64,000 bases of DNA from Ruditapes philippinarum (Eukaryota). The DNA lies in NCBI RefSeq assembly GCF_026571515.1, contig NW_026854607.1, positions 1-64,000 on the forward strand, read 5' to 3'. Below the pieces are notes generated by a model. It saw nothing but the letters and a program-made list of their open reading frames with translations, did not search any database and was not told where the DNA came from. The translations under genes were made by a program, and so were the position numbers. Positions 42,201 through 52,906 of the stretch are shown piece by piece. Every line of letters starts with the position of its first letter. Position 1 is the stretch's first letter.

Positions 42201-45200
42201 AACTACTCGAGACTAGGATTTATACTTTCATAGTTTTCATAACATTGTCCCAAATATTTAAACATATTAAAATAGAATGCAAGCTCACATGTAAGGATGG
42301 AGATATTTGCCGATTTTTCAGCGTTTTCTGGGGTTATCTTAATATCACGTGATATAAGGAATAATATATTCTTCATATAATACTTGTTTTATATCATGAG
42401 GTTATTATACATTGTTGAGTACAATAATGAATTGTATTGGGAGAGAACAGAAACCTATATTGGACGACGCGCTTGCCGAATCTTAAATGGGTTTACAGTT
42501 GTGTACAAGTCCAATACAATAAGTATTGTGCTCAACAGTGTATAATGACCTCTTTATTTCACACAAATACTTTCGAAGGGAAAATACATTAAAATAAAGA
42601 CAGCGGCGTGTTATATTTCATTAATCAAGTATGATATGGATTTGATATAGACATTTTGGACTCTGCAAATGAAAATGGAGCTATAAATGTGATATCTAAT
42701 TTTTGGACTCGAAAAATGAAGAACGAATCCGCCATCTACATTTTAATGGCACTTGAATTTTTCTTTTCTCAAAAAAACATGATACAAAAACTTATATTTT
42801 CGTAAAATATTCGTCTGCCATAAACAGCTGTTCATCAATTCGTTATGTTGCTATGTATTGGCTGATCACGTGTTGTCAAAAATAGTGACAGCATATATTC
42901 ATTTATCATTGATTTTTCTTAGTTTTTTTATTATAAAAATTGCAGTTCACTGCACTTTGCGTTGAATGACAGATGTTACAAATTCTTTGTTTTGTTTGTT
43001 TTTTTATCCATTATTAAACGTTGTGATGTCTCGAATTAGATCTATATATGGTGTAAATGGGTTCAATATGGCTATTAATCTTTCATTTAATTCAATTTAT
43101 TACCACATGTCCGACCTTTGCTTCAATTTTGTCAACATTCGGTGATTTAGTACTACCGAAATATATCTATTATTGTCAATTTTTTGTGCAATTAAAGTTA
43201 ATAACTTAATATATAATAAATGAATAGACCAGCGCATGCGCATCGTAATGTTTGAATATCATCTGTTCACATGTTATGTACATGTGTGTATTACTATGTT
43301 AGGCGTGGTTAGGTTGTAAAATCTTTGAGGGGAAGATTCAGTATGAGAATTTGATCTCCTGTCTCGTCATTTCGGTTAACTTAGACCGAATGCGAAGCTA
43401 AGATATACGTGATCAATCTTAGATGATTCAAGGAAAGTAATAAGATAAATTAAAAGAACATAATAATGTTATGATCATCTTAAAGAAGGGAATGAACAAA
43501 TAAAATAAGTAAATAAATAAATAAAGATGCTCATATTTACTTGAGTCATAGTTTGTTTAACTGAAGTTATCTCAGTGTTAATTCATAACTGTAGCATACT
43601 TATGTAAAATGTATGTAAGTATTTCATTTTTATTACTACATACGTAAATAAACTATGTCATGCATTTCACCACGCATTTATAATTTAAAAGCATTAATAC
43701 TTCTCCAGCAATGCATTTCGTCACGCAGTAGCTTTCTGCGCTCAATTTGAAATAAATGAAAAACACACAGGAAATGTACAAATATCTATGTACATTAATT
43801 AATACATGACTACGTTGAAAATTTGCCGTTGCCTGAAGGCTAAAGGGATTGGATCTCTTAAATTTTTACGAACACGTGACAGTGCCCCTTCAAGGTCATT
43901 AAAATGTATATGTGAATTTCTTAAAGTGACTCCACTTTTTAAAGATGACGGGGCTGAAATTATTAGTCCTAGATATGTGTACTATTTGATGTAGGTCAGT
44001 ACTAATAACTTATGAGCAAATTTTCAGATCATTTCCTCAATCTGTTTTGCCAGAACGATTACTTTTATTGTTCATGTAGAATGACCTAAAAATGAAAAGC
44101 GTTGCAACGGTATATTATAATCATGAATGATGTTCAGATCTAATGTTGTTAGCCAGTGTCTTTCCGAGAGTTCCCGTTTAAACAGACTCACATTCTTTCT
44201 TTTCTATTACAAATATGCAATTGTAATGTGAAAGTAAATTCGTAGATACAGACGATAAAATAACGAACTTAGTATTTCCTAGAGCTTTTCCATTAAATAA
44301 TAATACGCGGTATACTAATTCAGGACTAAGTACGAAAAGGTCAATTTCAAATTAAGTATTTTGTCGTCTGCTATAGGCAACTGATCCTATCCATGCGCCT
44401 AGTGTCGTCTAAGCATGGTCTGCACTGTTCACTATTCAATATCGTTTGAAAATTTCCCTAAAAAGTATAGTTTTCTCCATTTTGACAAATGGGCACTTCC
44501 ATTATCGTATTAAAGGTGGTAAGGGTTAAACAGTAATGAAATTGGGTCAAGTTTGTTTAAAAAATGGGCAAGTCAATTATCATATTTATATCTAAATCAA
44601 ACAGGAAGAATTTGCCAAATTTAGTGCAAGTATATTTACGTTATCGAATTAAATGAGATAAAACACCGTCAAGAGACTTTATTGGTTTTTAAACACTATT
44701 TTTTTTTCAAACAATAAACGAAGTTAACTTCCGTGATGCATTCCGTTTTGATATCGCTTTCATTTTTTGAATTTGAAATTTGAATGAATATTTTAACGGT
44801 TTCACATTTAAGGAAGTTATGTAGGTTTGAATTTAGAGGACGAGTTATAAAAGGAAGTTAAATATTTAAATTTCTGTGACCGCAAAATAAGTCGCCATCT
44901 ATTTTATGTGTTATACTCGTCAATATATATTACATGTTGACATGTACATGTGATCAGTTTATACCGGCCTTCAAATTTGAAAATTATGACAGCCGTGTAA
45001 TAAATGTTCGTTATAAATTACACACTTTGGTGTCATTAAAATGCTTGAAGTAAAAAAAATATAGGTTATGAATTTATAATCCCTTCATCGATTCGAATAA
45101 AGAATATTATTTATTAATGGTTATATTTATTTATTTTTTTCTCTATGATTTTTCAGATCACAGAGTCTAGGTCCCTTCCGCTCCCATTCTACGATTCTGA

Positions 45201-46059
45201 CAGTGAACACGAGCCCAGGACGCCACCCCATGATCTTTTAAGCAAACATAAAACCAAAGTGTCTCCGATTTCATTGTCAAAATTTGGCGGCGTGTGGCAA
45301 GCAGATGCCACGAGCGAGGAACGAGATACTTTGTTTGAAAACGAGGCGGATAAACGCACGGGACAAAAGAAACGGAAAATCGAGTTGGATATTATCGATA
45401 ATAAAGAAAATGAGGTCACCCTGCATAGTCCGAGACAAGAACAACTGAGCCCATTGTACGAAAATGGCGGGAAAAGCTGCCACCCAAAAATGCGAGCGAA
45501 GTACATGTTTCGCACCGGTGATTTTGAGAATACAGAATGGGGGTACGACTGGAGTAGCTCGGACAACGAGAGTTTAAAGGGGATTGTGCATATTGATAGT
45601 GAAAAAGCGCTTCAGTCAACAATGACTGTGACACAAAATAATCCCGAGAACCGGAAACGCCTGGATAGTTATTGTGAAATGTCTAGTAACGCTAGTGAAT
45701 CTACGATACCCGCAATTGATGAACTTGAAGTCCCCCCTCTGGTAATCGATCATGACTGGCAGGAGCCAGCCGGGTGTCCCTCTTTAGAAAACTCTTACTT
45801 CGAGGAAACCTTCTCTCCTATAAAGGAGGAAGACGAAAACATGCCCACACTAACAAACGAACACGCATACCCTGATCCTGAAAAATACAACCTGACGCAA
45901 CAACCGGAAATGGACCAATCTTACGAAAACGTTACACCGGAAGTAAACACTGACAAAGCGCGCGAGCACGTGTACGTTACGGAAGTAACATTAGATAACC
46001 TCACTGTGATTATCCATGAAAGTGATAAAATGAAAGGCTTCTTTAGATACCAGACGTAA
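24196..46059 (+). CDS. CBX: Polycomb-group chromobox protein (Pc/CBX2-4-6-7-8 family, canonical PRC1 subunit), 5 exons, 375 aa: join(24196..24249,25902..25945,36083..36148,42138..42198,45157..46059)
   Basis: Spliced translation: MADRVFIADYIKKKRRRK|GNLEYLVKWKGYPTR|HCTWEPRENILDASLIKQFDEE|GYDPRRVRAACRKKKRRRSE|ITESRSL...EHVYVTEVTLDNLTVIIHESDKMKGFFRYQT*. All four introns are GT..AG with pyrimidine tracts, phases 0/2/2/0 keep the frame, and 1128 nt = 376 codons. Chromodomain plus Pc box (compare CBX2 EHVFVTDVTANLITVTVKESPTSVGFF). Exon 2/3 sizes of 44/66 nt match vertebrate CBX gene structure as I recall it. Confidence 0.95.
25902..25945 (+). CDS. CBX: CBX exon 2 (GNLEYLVKWKGYPT-R), 44 nt
   Basis: Acceptor ctttttttcAG at 25900-25901; donor CG|GTAAAA; EYLVKWKG chromodomain core. 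Confidence 0.95.
26000..26222 (-). mobile_element. Decayed SINE of the 33040 family in CBX intron 2
   Basis: Reverse complement of the ctac.caggt.cccgctcgtgcctgaaa.aatgc.cagaggggcac core; B-box-like ggtttgaatcc. Confidence 0.55.
26672..28366 (+). mobile_element. Helentron-associated non-autonomous element (HINE/DINE-1/pearl-like) with a 145-bp satellite core, in CBX intron 2
   Basis: 5' subTIR ATGTCTCCCCC plus IR GGGGGAGACAT, (GTCC)n microsatellite, tandem core, 3' subTIR GGGGGAGACAT at 28328, terminal stem-loop GCTTTT..AAAAGC, TT flanks. Confidence 0.85.
26766..27845 (+). repeat. 145-bp tandem satellite (about 5.3 + 1.6 near-identical units)
   Basis: TTTCCGGA recurs at 26771, 26916, 27061, 27206, 27351 and 27496, then at 27617 and 27762. 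Confidence 0.95.
29773..29868 (+). repeat. 48-bp tandem duplication
   Basis: aattttgaagacaatgaa.tttagatacaatagtc.ttttcagaccaa occurs twice. Confidence 0.9.
30099..30390. mobile_element. Kolobok-like TTAA element, family K1
   Basis: TTAA|AGGCAC...GGGCCT|TTAA; internal similarity to 17833-18198. Confidence 0.65.
30864..31053. mobile_element. 235-bp palindromic MITE, internally deleted (190 bp)
   Basis: Both termini are intact; flanks ATAT/AAAT. Confidence 0.88.
33040..33270 (+). mobile_element. tRNA-derived mollusc-type SINE (other copies at 34505-34680 +, 62686-62875 -, 26000-26222 -)
   Basis: B box GGTTCGACAC; shared core gaagctatc.ag.tagct.acggaacgtcggtggttctactca..aataatgcac..; 3' cgacgtaaaacccaa. 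Confidence 0.75.
34505..34680 (+). mobile_element. SINE fragment, 33040 family, with (AAC)n tail
   Basis: ggaagctatccaggtagctgacggaacgtcggtggttctactca core. Confidence 0.7.
35296..35630 (+). repeat. 22-bp minisatellite (GATAATGCAACATTATGCTATA), about 14 copies
   Basis: Exact 22-nt periodicity; each unit contains the hairpin ATAATG-CAA-CATTAT. Confidence 0.95.
36083..36148 (+). CDS. CBX: CBX exon 3 (R-HCTWEPRENILDASLIKQFDE-E), 66 nt
   Basis: Acceptor ttttttcAG; donor GA|GTAAGT; TWEPxENIL motif. Confidence 0.95.
37402..37510 (+). mobile_element. tRNA-derived SINE head (same family as 55432)
   Basis: tggtttagtggtaacact..gtcgtgagttcgatcccc..actcca. Confidence 0.65.
38178..38412. mobile_element. 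235-bp palindromic MITE (Sola-like), full copy in CBX intron 3
   Basis: GAGCCGCG...CGCGGCTC, 235 bp; loop in reverse orientation. Confidence 0.92.
38676..39001. mobile_element. Kolobok-like TTAA element, family K2
   Basis: TTAA|AGCTG...ATCTGGAGGCATGAAGCT; internal match to 14665 and 40736. Confidence 0.65.
39987..40220. mobile_element. 235-bp palindromic MITE (Sola-like), full copy with ATAT TSD
   Basis: ATAT|GAGCC...GGCTC|ATAT. Confidence 0.92.
40736..41080. mobile_element. Kolobok-like TTAA element, family K2 (345 bp)
   Basis: TTAA|AGCAGCATGCC...GGCATGCAGCT|TTAA. Confidence 0.75.
42138..42198 (+). CDS. CBX: CBX exon 4 (E-GYDPRRVRAACRKKKRRRSE), basic/NLS exon, 61 nt
   Basis: Acceptor ttgtatttcAG; donor GAG|GTAACT; GC-rich island in an AT-rich intron; bridges phase 2 to phase 0 as required; sits where CBX genes have their basic AT-hook exon. 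Confidence 0.85.
42398..42552. mobile_element. Small palindromic MITE in CBX intron 4
   Basis: gaggttattatacattgttgagtacaata..ttgtattgg is inverted against ccaatacaataagtattgtgctcaacagtgtataatgacctc. Confidence 0.7.
45157..46059 (+). CDS. CBX: CBX exon 5 (acidic linker, KKRK NLS-like motif, C-terminal Pc box)
   Basis: Longest ORF in the window (45145..46059); acceptor tttttcAG at 45155-45156; ends in a Pc box; TAA at 46057-46059. Confidence 0.95.
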   Translation: MTESRSLPLPFYDSDSEHEPRTPPHDLLSKHKTKVSPISLSKFGGVWQADATSEERDTLFENEADKRTGQKKRKIELDIIDNKENEVTLHSPRQEQLSPLYENGGKSCHPKMRAKYMFRTGDFENTEWGYDWSSSDNESLKGIVHIDSEKALQSTMTVTQNNPENRKRLDSYCEMSSNASESTIPAIDELEVPPLVIDHDWQEPAGCPSLENSYFEETFSPIKEEDENMPTLTNEHAYPDPEKYNLTQQPEMDQSYENVTPEVNTDKAREHVYVTEVTLDNLTVIIHESDKMKGFFRYQT

Positions 46060-46441
46060 AAAAATACAATAATTTCTGCGGCTCGTGATTTTAGAAGTTG
46101 AACTAGAGCCAATTTTGCATATTATCACACATGTAACGGAGAATGGTCCTGAATTTTTCTACCTGCAGATCTTATAAAGAGGTCATGGCCCTTCGTTTAA
46201 GATACTAACTTTTGACTGGATTTTCAATAAGGGTCAAACACATATTTATGCATATTGTTTATAATGGCATAATTGAAATATCTGAGTTCGATGGCTTATT
46301 GTGTAATAGGGAATTACATGTAAAATATTTTCTAATTTTTATACTTCAAAACTTTGTTTCCATTTGTTATTCTTTGTTCATAAAGTACAAAAAACAACAC
46401 ATATTTTATATGTTATGATATTTTCAGAATCCTTTGGTTTT

Positions 46442-46645
46442 AATAAAAAGTGTATCTATATTCTGATAAAAAATGTACCTCTTTTCTCGCATTGTGTTGC
46501 ATGTCCAGATTTATATAAGATAATTTCAATAACTTCAACGTATTTATGAAACTTTATTTTGACATTTTAAAAAGCATAACATTTGTTTTTCTCAAATCTT
46601 CATTTTTATTTATTACTTAAGTAATTCAGTCCAGAAACAAATAAA
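46442..46645 (+). terminator. Candidate CBX polyadenylation signals (AATAAA at 46442 and 46640)
   Basis: Two AATAAA hexamers 380-580 nt after the stop codon, followed by T-rich sequence; which one is used is unknown. Confidence 0.4.
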
Positions 46646-46662
46646 AGTTTTACTGCATTGTA

Positions 46663-47754
46663 TTTTTAGCTCACCTGTCACAAAGTGACAGGGTGAGCTT
46701 TTGTGATCGCTTTTCGTCCGGCGTCCGTCCGTCATCCGTCCGTAAACTTTTACTTTAAATGACATCTCCTCATAAACCACTAAACCAATTTCATCCAAAC
46801 TTCACAGGAATGTTCCTTTGGTGGTCACCTTTAAAAATCGTTCAAAGAATTTAATTCCATGCAGAACTCTGGTTGCCATGGCAACCGAAAGAAAAAACTT
46901 TAAATATCTTCTTTTAAAAAACCATAAGAGCTAGAGCTTAGATATTTGGCATGAAACATCTTCTAGTGAGTGTCTACCAAGTTTGTTCAAATAAAAGCCC
47001 TGGGGTCAAAATTGGCCCCGCCCCAGGGGGTCATTGATTTTCCCTACATGCATATAGTAAAAACTTAAAAAATCTTCTTTTAAAGAACTCAAAGAGCTAT
47101 GGCTAAGATATTTAGCATCAAACATGTTCTAATAGGTGTCTACCAAGTTTGTTCAAATAAAAGCCCTGGGGTCAAAATTGGCACCGCCCCGGGGGTCATT
47201 GATTTTCCTTATATGTGTATAGCAAAAACTTAAAAAATCTTCTTTGAAAAAACCCAAATAGCTAGAGTTAAGATATTAAGCATGAAACATCTTTTAGTGA
47301 GTGTCTACAAAGTTTGTTCAAATAAAAGACCTGGGGTCAAAATTGGCCCCACCCCGGGGGTCATTGATTTTCTTTATATGTGTATAGCAAAAACTTAAAA
47401 TCTTCTTTGAAAAAACCCAAATAGCTAGAATTTAGATATTAAGCATGAAACATCTTCTAGTAAGTGTCTACAAAGTTTGTTCAAATAAAAGCCCTGGGGT
47501 CAAAACTGGCCCGGCCCCAGGGGTGTCATTGTTTTTAACTATATGTGTATAGTAAAAACTTTAAAAAAATCTTCTTTTAAAAAGCCCAATGAGCTAGAGC
47601 TTAGATGTTTAGCATGAAACATCTTCTTATGGGTGTCTACCAAGTTTGTGCAAATAAAAGCCCTTGGGTTAAATTGGCCCTGCAACGTTGGGGGTGGGGG
47701 TTGGGGGGCCTATATACAGGTGAGCGACCTCAGGGCCATCATGGCCCTCTTGTT
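46663..47754 (+). mobile_element. HINE/Helentron-associated element with a ~165-bp satellite core, downstream of the CBX stop codon
   Basis: 5' TTTTTAGCTCACCTG..AGGGTGAGCT hairpin, (GTCC)n, about 5 units (gtttgttcaa at 46981, 47147, 47312, 47475, 47644), 3' subTIR CAGGTGAGC, stem-loop AGGGCCAT-C-ATGGCCCT, ending CTTGTT. Confidence 0.88.
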
Positions 47755-50700
47755 ATTTATTACTTAAGTAATTCAGTCCAGAAACAAATAAAAGTTTTAC
47801 TGCATTGTATTTTTTTATGTTTTTTTATGATTTTTAATTGGAAGAACATAAATCTAGTATGTTTATAATTTTGTGTATACCTATAAGAAAAGGCTGATTT
47901 TGGTGTAAAACCTAAATATGTTCATTTGTATTGTAAGATGTTTTCAAATTTATGTTTATAAATTTTTGATAATATTAGAAACACATGAGAAAAGTGGTCA
48001 AACGATTGCTAGTTGAACAAATAACGTGATTTTAGCACATCTAAGGCGCTTTATGAATTTCGTAAAAGTTGCATGTGATATTAGAATAAAAAGTGTAAAA
48101 ATGCATTTCTCCGTTAGTCACGGTTTAGAAATACAGAAAAATTATAAATCCGGTCAAATTTTTAATAAAATAGGCATATGAATTTGTTTAAACCCTATCT
48201 ACACTAAATATCTAAAAAAAAATGGACTTGTCTGTCCTCCAATCTGGACAAAACCATTAATCAGTAATAGGGGGAAATTTCAAAATGAGTTGTAACTGAA
48301 TAACGAACAGTGCAGACCTTAATCAGACGACACGTGTCGGATGATCTTCGTCTGCACTGGATCTGTTGCCTCTTGCAGACTTGCGGTAAAATTCTTCACT
48401 ATTTGATTTTTTTTCCTTATTTCAATTAAAACAAAAAGATAATTGTTTTTCTTATCTGCAAGTAAATATCAACACACATGACATGATGTGGCGGGGAGGG
48501 GTAATAGAATACTTATTAGAGATCGCTTAAATGGGCATATTATAATCGCGAGTAAATTAAATTTTTACCCTGTTTAAACCGGAAGTAACTAGCCTTTGCC
48601 ACCAGTGTAGGGTAAGACCAGCCTGCACTTGCGTGCAGTTTACTGTTTGCTGACAATATCCCCAAAACTGATAATGGGCAGTTCCAAATATGGAAGCTGG
48701 ACAAGTCGATTTAAGAAATTAAGAGGGTTAAAAGTTTAGGTTTAATTGTCTTACATTTGAAAATAACGAAAAAAACAATTTTTGTATAGTAACATTTTTA
48801 ATGATGTTTATTTGTTTTGAAAGGACCACTTCACCCTAAGAAAGTGTGTTATTACTTATTGTTATACATGTATGACCAACGGACCAGTATAACCTTGTTA
48901 GTTATATAGATAAAACATGATAACATTAAGTATGTGGTAAAACGTTATATACAATAACATACATCTACAAAATAGGTTAAGGTATAAATAACTCATTTCG
49001 AAGAAAAACTATTAATGTTGACGTGAGTGTTACAAACTGTCCTTCAGGGTTTTATGTGACATCTTTTTGTAATTGTGGTTAATAAATCGAATAAAAGAGT
49101 TTTGTATTTTGTCTTTCATCTTTCCGTTCTCTTAATTTGCGTCCGTCTGCCGTTTGGGGAACGGTACAAGCACGATGTGATATTACGGACGGAGGGGAGA
49201 AAGTGGGGAAAATGGTATGGGGGGTAAAGTGGGGGAAATGGTATGGGGTACGACGCTTTGGGAGGACTGTCTAGGTGCGGAAACGTCAACAACCGTGATA
49301 GGTCAATAATTATGAATATCGCTGAAGCGAAACTGAGAAAAAAAAACAGAAAAAACACACCATTTTCTTCCATGCAGAATTTAATGTTTAAAACGTATTG
49401 TAAAAAGCTATTCCTGAATTATTTATAGATGCTTTGCTCTTTTTTAGAACACAGTTAAAGTAATGAACTGTTATAAAACCACTCGGTTGAAATAAGTCTT
49501 CACTGATATTTGATATTTTATGGGGCTATAACTTGTGTTCAGCCCAGTTAAGCGTATATATATCCGAAAACATCTCTCTTGGCTAGTTATTTGTAAATAT
49601 TTATATGCATGGCAATCGACGTCATAACTTTTATAATATCGATTACTGAAGAATAAAAAATTGTTTTGTTTTGTTTTTATTATTCGTTTAGGAAACAAAA
49701 AAAAAACAACAACCGATTTATCTATTTCCGCGTATCTAAAAACAACAACAACAAAAACCGGTCGATAATATATCTTTTACGTAGCTAGTTACTACATACA
49801 TGGATGTGTACTTACCGGAATATATTTAAACGGTCATTATTCAGTACAATTTTATTTATTACATACTCTTGTTTATATATATTCTGGCAAAAACTAAACA
49901 ATAATAAACATGTACATGTAATATCTGTTTTTTTTAATAAATTTTATTACATTAAATACTTACCTGTGTATATACATATAGATTCTTCAAATAAAGAAAA
50001 AAAAACAACACTGGAATAACAAAAAACGGCCAGCAGACAAGATCAACAACAGACAGTACATCTTTTATGTATTTGAATACATATTTGTCTATATACATGT
50101 GCGTTCGGCTAAACAAAAAACAAAACAAAATAAAACAACAACAATATAATAGCAACAGAGAACGATCAATAGCGATCAAACAAAGTACATGTTTTTCGTA
50201 TTTTACAGCGTACATGTGCATATTTTGCAAAAAGTATGCTTTCTGTATACATTTAGTAATATATATTCGTTATGTAGTAGCGACATCATCATATGTGCAG
50301 AGATATAGAACTTCATCTCTGATATGACAATACTTTATGGTTGATGACATACTTAAAATATGAGAAACTGTTTAAAACAAAATTACCACGGAACTTGCCC
50401 CTTATACTTTGACTTCTGTAAGGTTCTTGCAATATTGAACTTTGCTCGGCGAGAACACACGGAACACGGAAGTGGTACGTGTGACCCTGATCTGTGGATA
50501 GAAAACAAGACTTAGGTGCCAGATCAAAACAGTCTTAGAATATCCACTGTTTTTTAAAATGACTTTAGAAAATGTCCATGTTATTTGCGTTTTATGTCTG
50601 ATTTTACTGTATTTTCACCTTATTTACACTGCGTTATTAACGCAGTATTGGCTATTTTTGCATATTTTGCCCCCCCCCCCTTTTTGTCTTGGTAAATAAC

Positions 50701-50835
50701 ATTAGTTGTATGTGCTGTTTGCAATGTGAAAATTATTTTCTTTATTCACTTCACAATATTTTACTTTATACATTAAAAAATCGTGAAAATTAGCATGAAT
50801 CTGGAGGCGTACAGCATTAAAATGCAATTAGAAAT

Positions 50836-51070
50836 GGGCCGTGTCACGACAAAACCAACATAGTGCGTTTGCGACCAGCATGGATCCAGACCAGCCTGTG
50901 CATCCGCGCAATCTGATCAGGATCCATGCTGTTCGCTATCAGTTTCTCTACTTGTTATAGGGTTGGTAAGCAAACAGCATGGATCCTGATCAGACTGCGC
51001 GGATGCGCAGGCTGATCTGGATCCATGCTGGTCGCAAACCCATTATGTTGGTTTTGTCGTGACACGACTC
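50836..51070. mobile_element. 235-bp palindromic MITE (Sola-like), full copy with AAAT TSD
   Basis: AAAT|GGGCC...GACTC|AAAT. Confidence 0.92.
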
Positions 51071-51640
51071 AAATTATAGTTGACAACGAAGTGCATAAAG
51101 AGTATACGTATCATCCAGTGCATTTTCAATTGCATTATAATACAGATATTAAGTACTAACACTACATCACATTAGCATATTTAGAACTTCGCACAAAATT
51201 ACTAGATATTTTTGCCTTTTCATAATCAGTGTGACCACTTACTCCATCATCTAAAAACATGATATATAGACTAAACTTATAAATGTTTATTATTTTTTTG
51301 TTCAGTCCTTTAGAACATTATAATGATTACTTGAGAAACAACTTGTTCATTGGTATTTAAGATGTAACGCACTGGCAAGACTAGTGTACATTGTATATGA
51401 GACAAACGCTCCTTTCTCCCGAGGAAAAAAGAAAAACACCAACATACAAAACAACAATAAGCAGGAAACCCAACAGAAAATTAGTCAGTGTAGAGTGGGG
51501 GATGGCTCGAACTTATAGCCACATAACTTGTATTTCCACAAAACATCCACTGGGTAATATGCCCACTTTATATTATTTTTGTTTGACTTACACTGTATTG
51601 TGCACATGTGCATGGGCTTGACCATGTGGATACGCCAGTG

Positions 51641-51934
51641 ACTTGGAGGTCAGGCCATATCTCCGGCTTTAACCGCCCCTATAAACAGTCAATAAAAATC
51701 CTTTATCGTTTTACACAAATGGGGCACCTGTCATAATTATTAATATTGTTTTTATTTAACAATTTCCACAAGAATAAAAAAGTATCCCATGTAGTTTTTG
51801 AGACTAAACGATACATGTTTTTTTTAAAGGAACGGTTTACAAAATAATTTTAATGATTAAGACAGATACCCCAAGTTTTATTGGCCGTTTACAGGGGCGA
51901 TTCAAGCCGGGGCATATGGTCTGACCCCACAAGT
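51641..51934. mobile_element. MITE with ~55-bp imperfect TIRs
   Basis: ggtcaggccatatctccggctttaaccgcccctataaacagtcaataaaa is inverted against ttttattggccgtttacaggggcgattcaagccggggcatatggtctgacc. Confidence 0.75.
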
Positions 51935-52906
51935 GTCTGTGGTGTTTCTTAGAGAACGGTCATTACATGTTGTATATATAGACTGTAAACAAACAACTGC
52001 ACAAAGTTTGAAAACTTAATAACAGTCCAATTATGCAAGATGATGTATATGTACGAGATTTCAGTAAAAAATTGCCTCAAAACAGTTTTTTTCTGTCGCA
52101 GCTATGTAAAGTGTTACAAATTTATAACCTGCTCTATCTTTTTAATGTCTTAACAAAGTAAGTGCAAACGTATACATTTATGAAGCATGTAATAATGAAT
52201 ACATATTCAAAATTTAGATTAAGTTTCGAACGAGTATGAGTCAAACTTCAAGTTACCGAATTTTATCGGAAAATTTTGCTTTGCTGTAAATGACGTGTTG
52301 CTGAAACCAGTTTCACACGTAAACACGAGTCACGTGTTCATTAGTGTTCGTGTAAAAATGCAAATAAAATTAATCTAACTAGAACAAATGGAAATTTCGT
52401 GGATTATAACGTGTCAGAGTTATCATTAATATATTTTGTCCATATGTATTTTCGAATTTCGCTTCAGTATTATTTTCAGTTATTTTGCTTCCTGTTTTAA
52501 GAAGACCTTGAAACAGTCGCAAAACGGAAACCGACAAAGTGATCTGCATGACTGGGTTACTGTTGTTGAAGCTGTATTTGGTTGTTGTTTTTCTTTTTTT
52601 TTTGTATTTCCTTTTCATTTCTTTATCTTTTTTGGTGTGTTTTTTGTGTTGTTGTTGTTTTTTTGTCCATTTCATAAATATATACATAAATACATGTATA
52701 TACACTGAAAGTCAACAGAGATGTGTTGTCTTCGTATTGTCTATTTCAATTAAAAGAGAAACCCGTTATTATTTTATGCCCTGTCAATATTTAACTTAAT
52801 AAATCAATCTCAAATCTATCACAATGTTATTGTCCACTTCTGAAAGAACGGACAGTATTTAATTTCTAACCAATTTCACCAAGCCGTCCGTCCGTCTGTT
52901 ATTTAA

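Noticed and set aside
45145-46059. Stand-alone 304-aa gene starting at ATG 45145
   Set aside because: That ATG lies in the polypyrimidine tract 12 nt before the acceptor; the ORF is the last exon of the CBX gene.
24196-46059. Assignment as HP1 (CBX1/3/5)
   Set aside because: No chromoshadow domain and no acidic N-terminal EEEY; the Pc box and Pc-type exon structure are present.
45189-46112. Antisense ORFs overlapping CBX exon 5
   Set aside because: Shadow ORFs of a real coding exon, with no independent signals.
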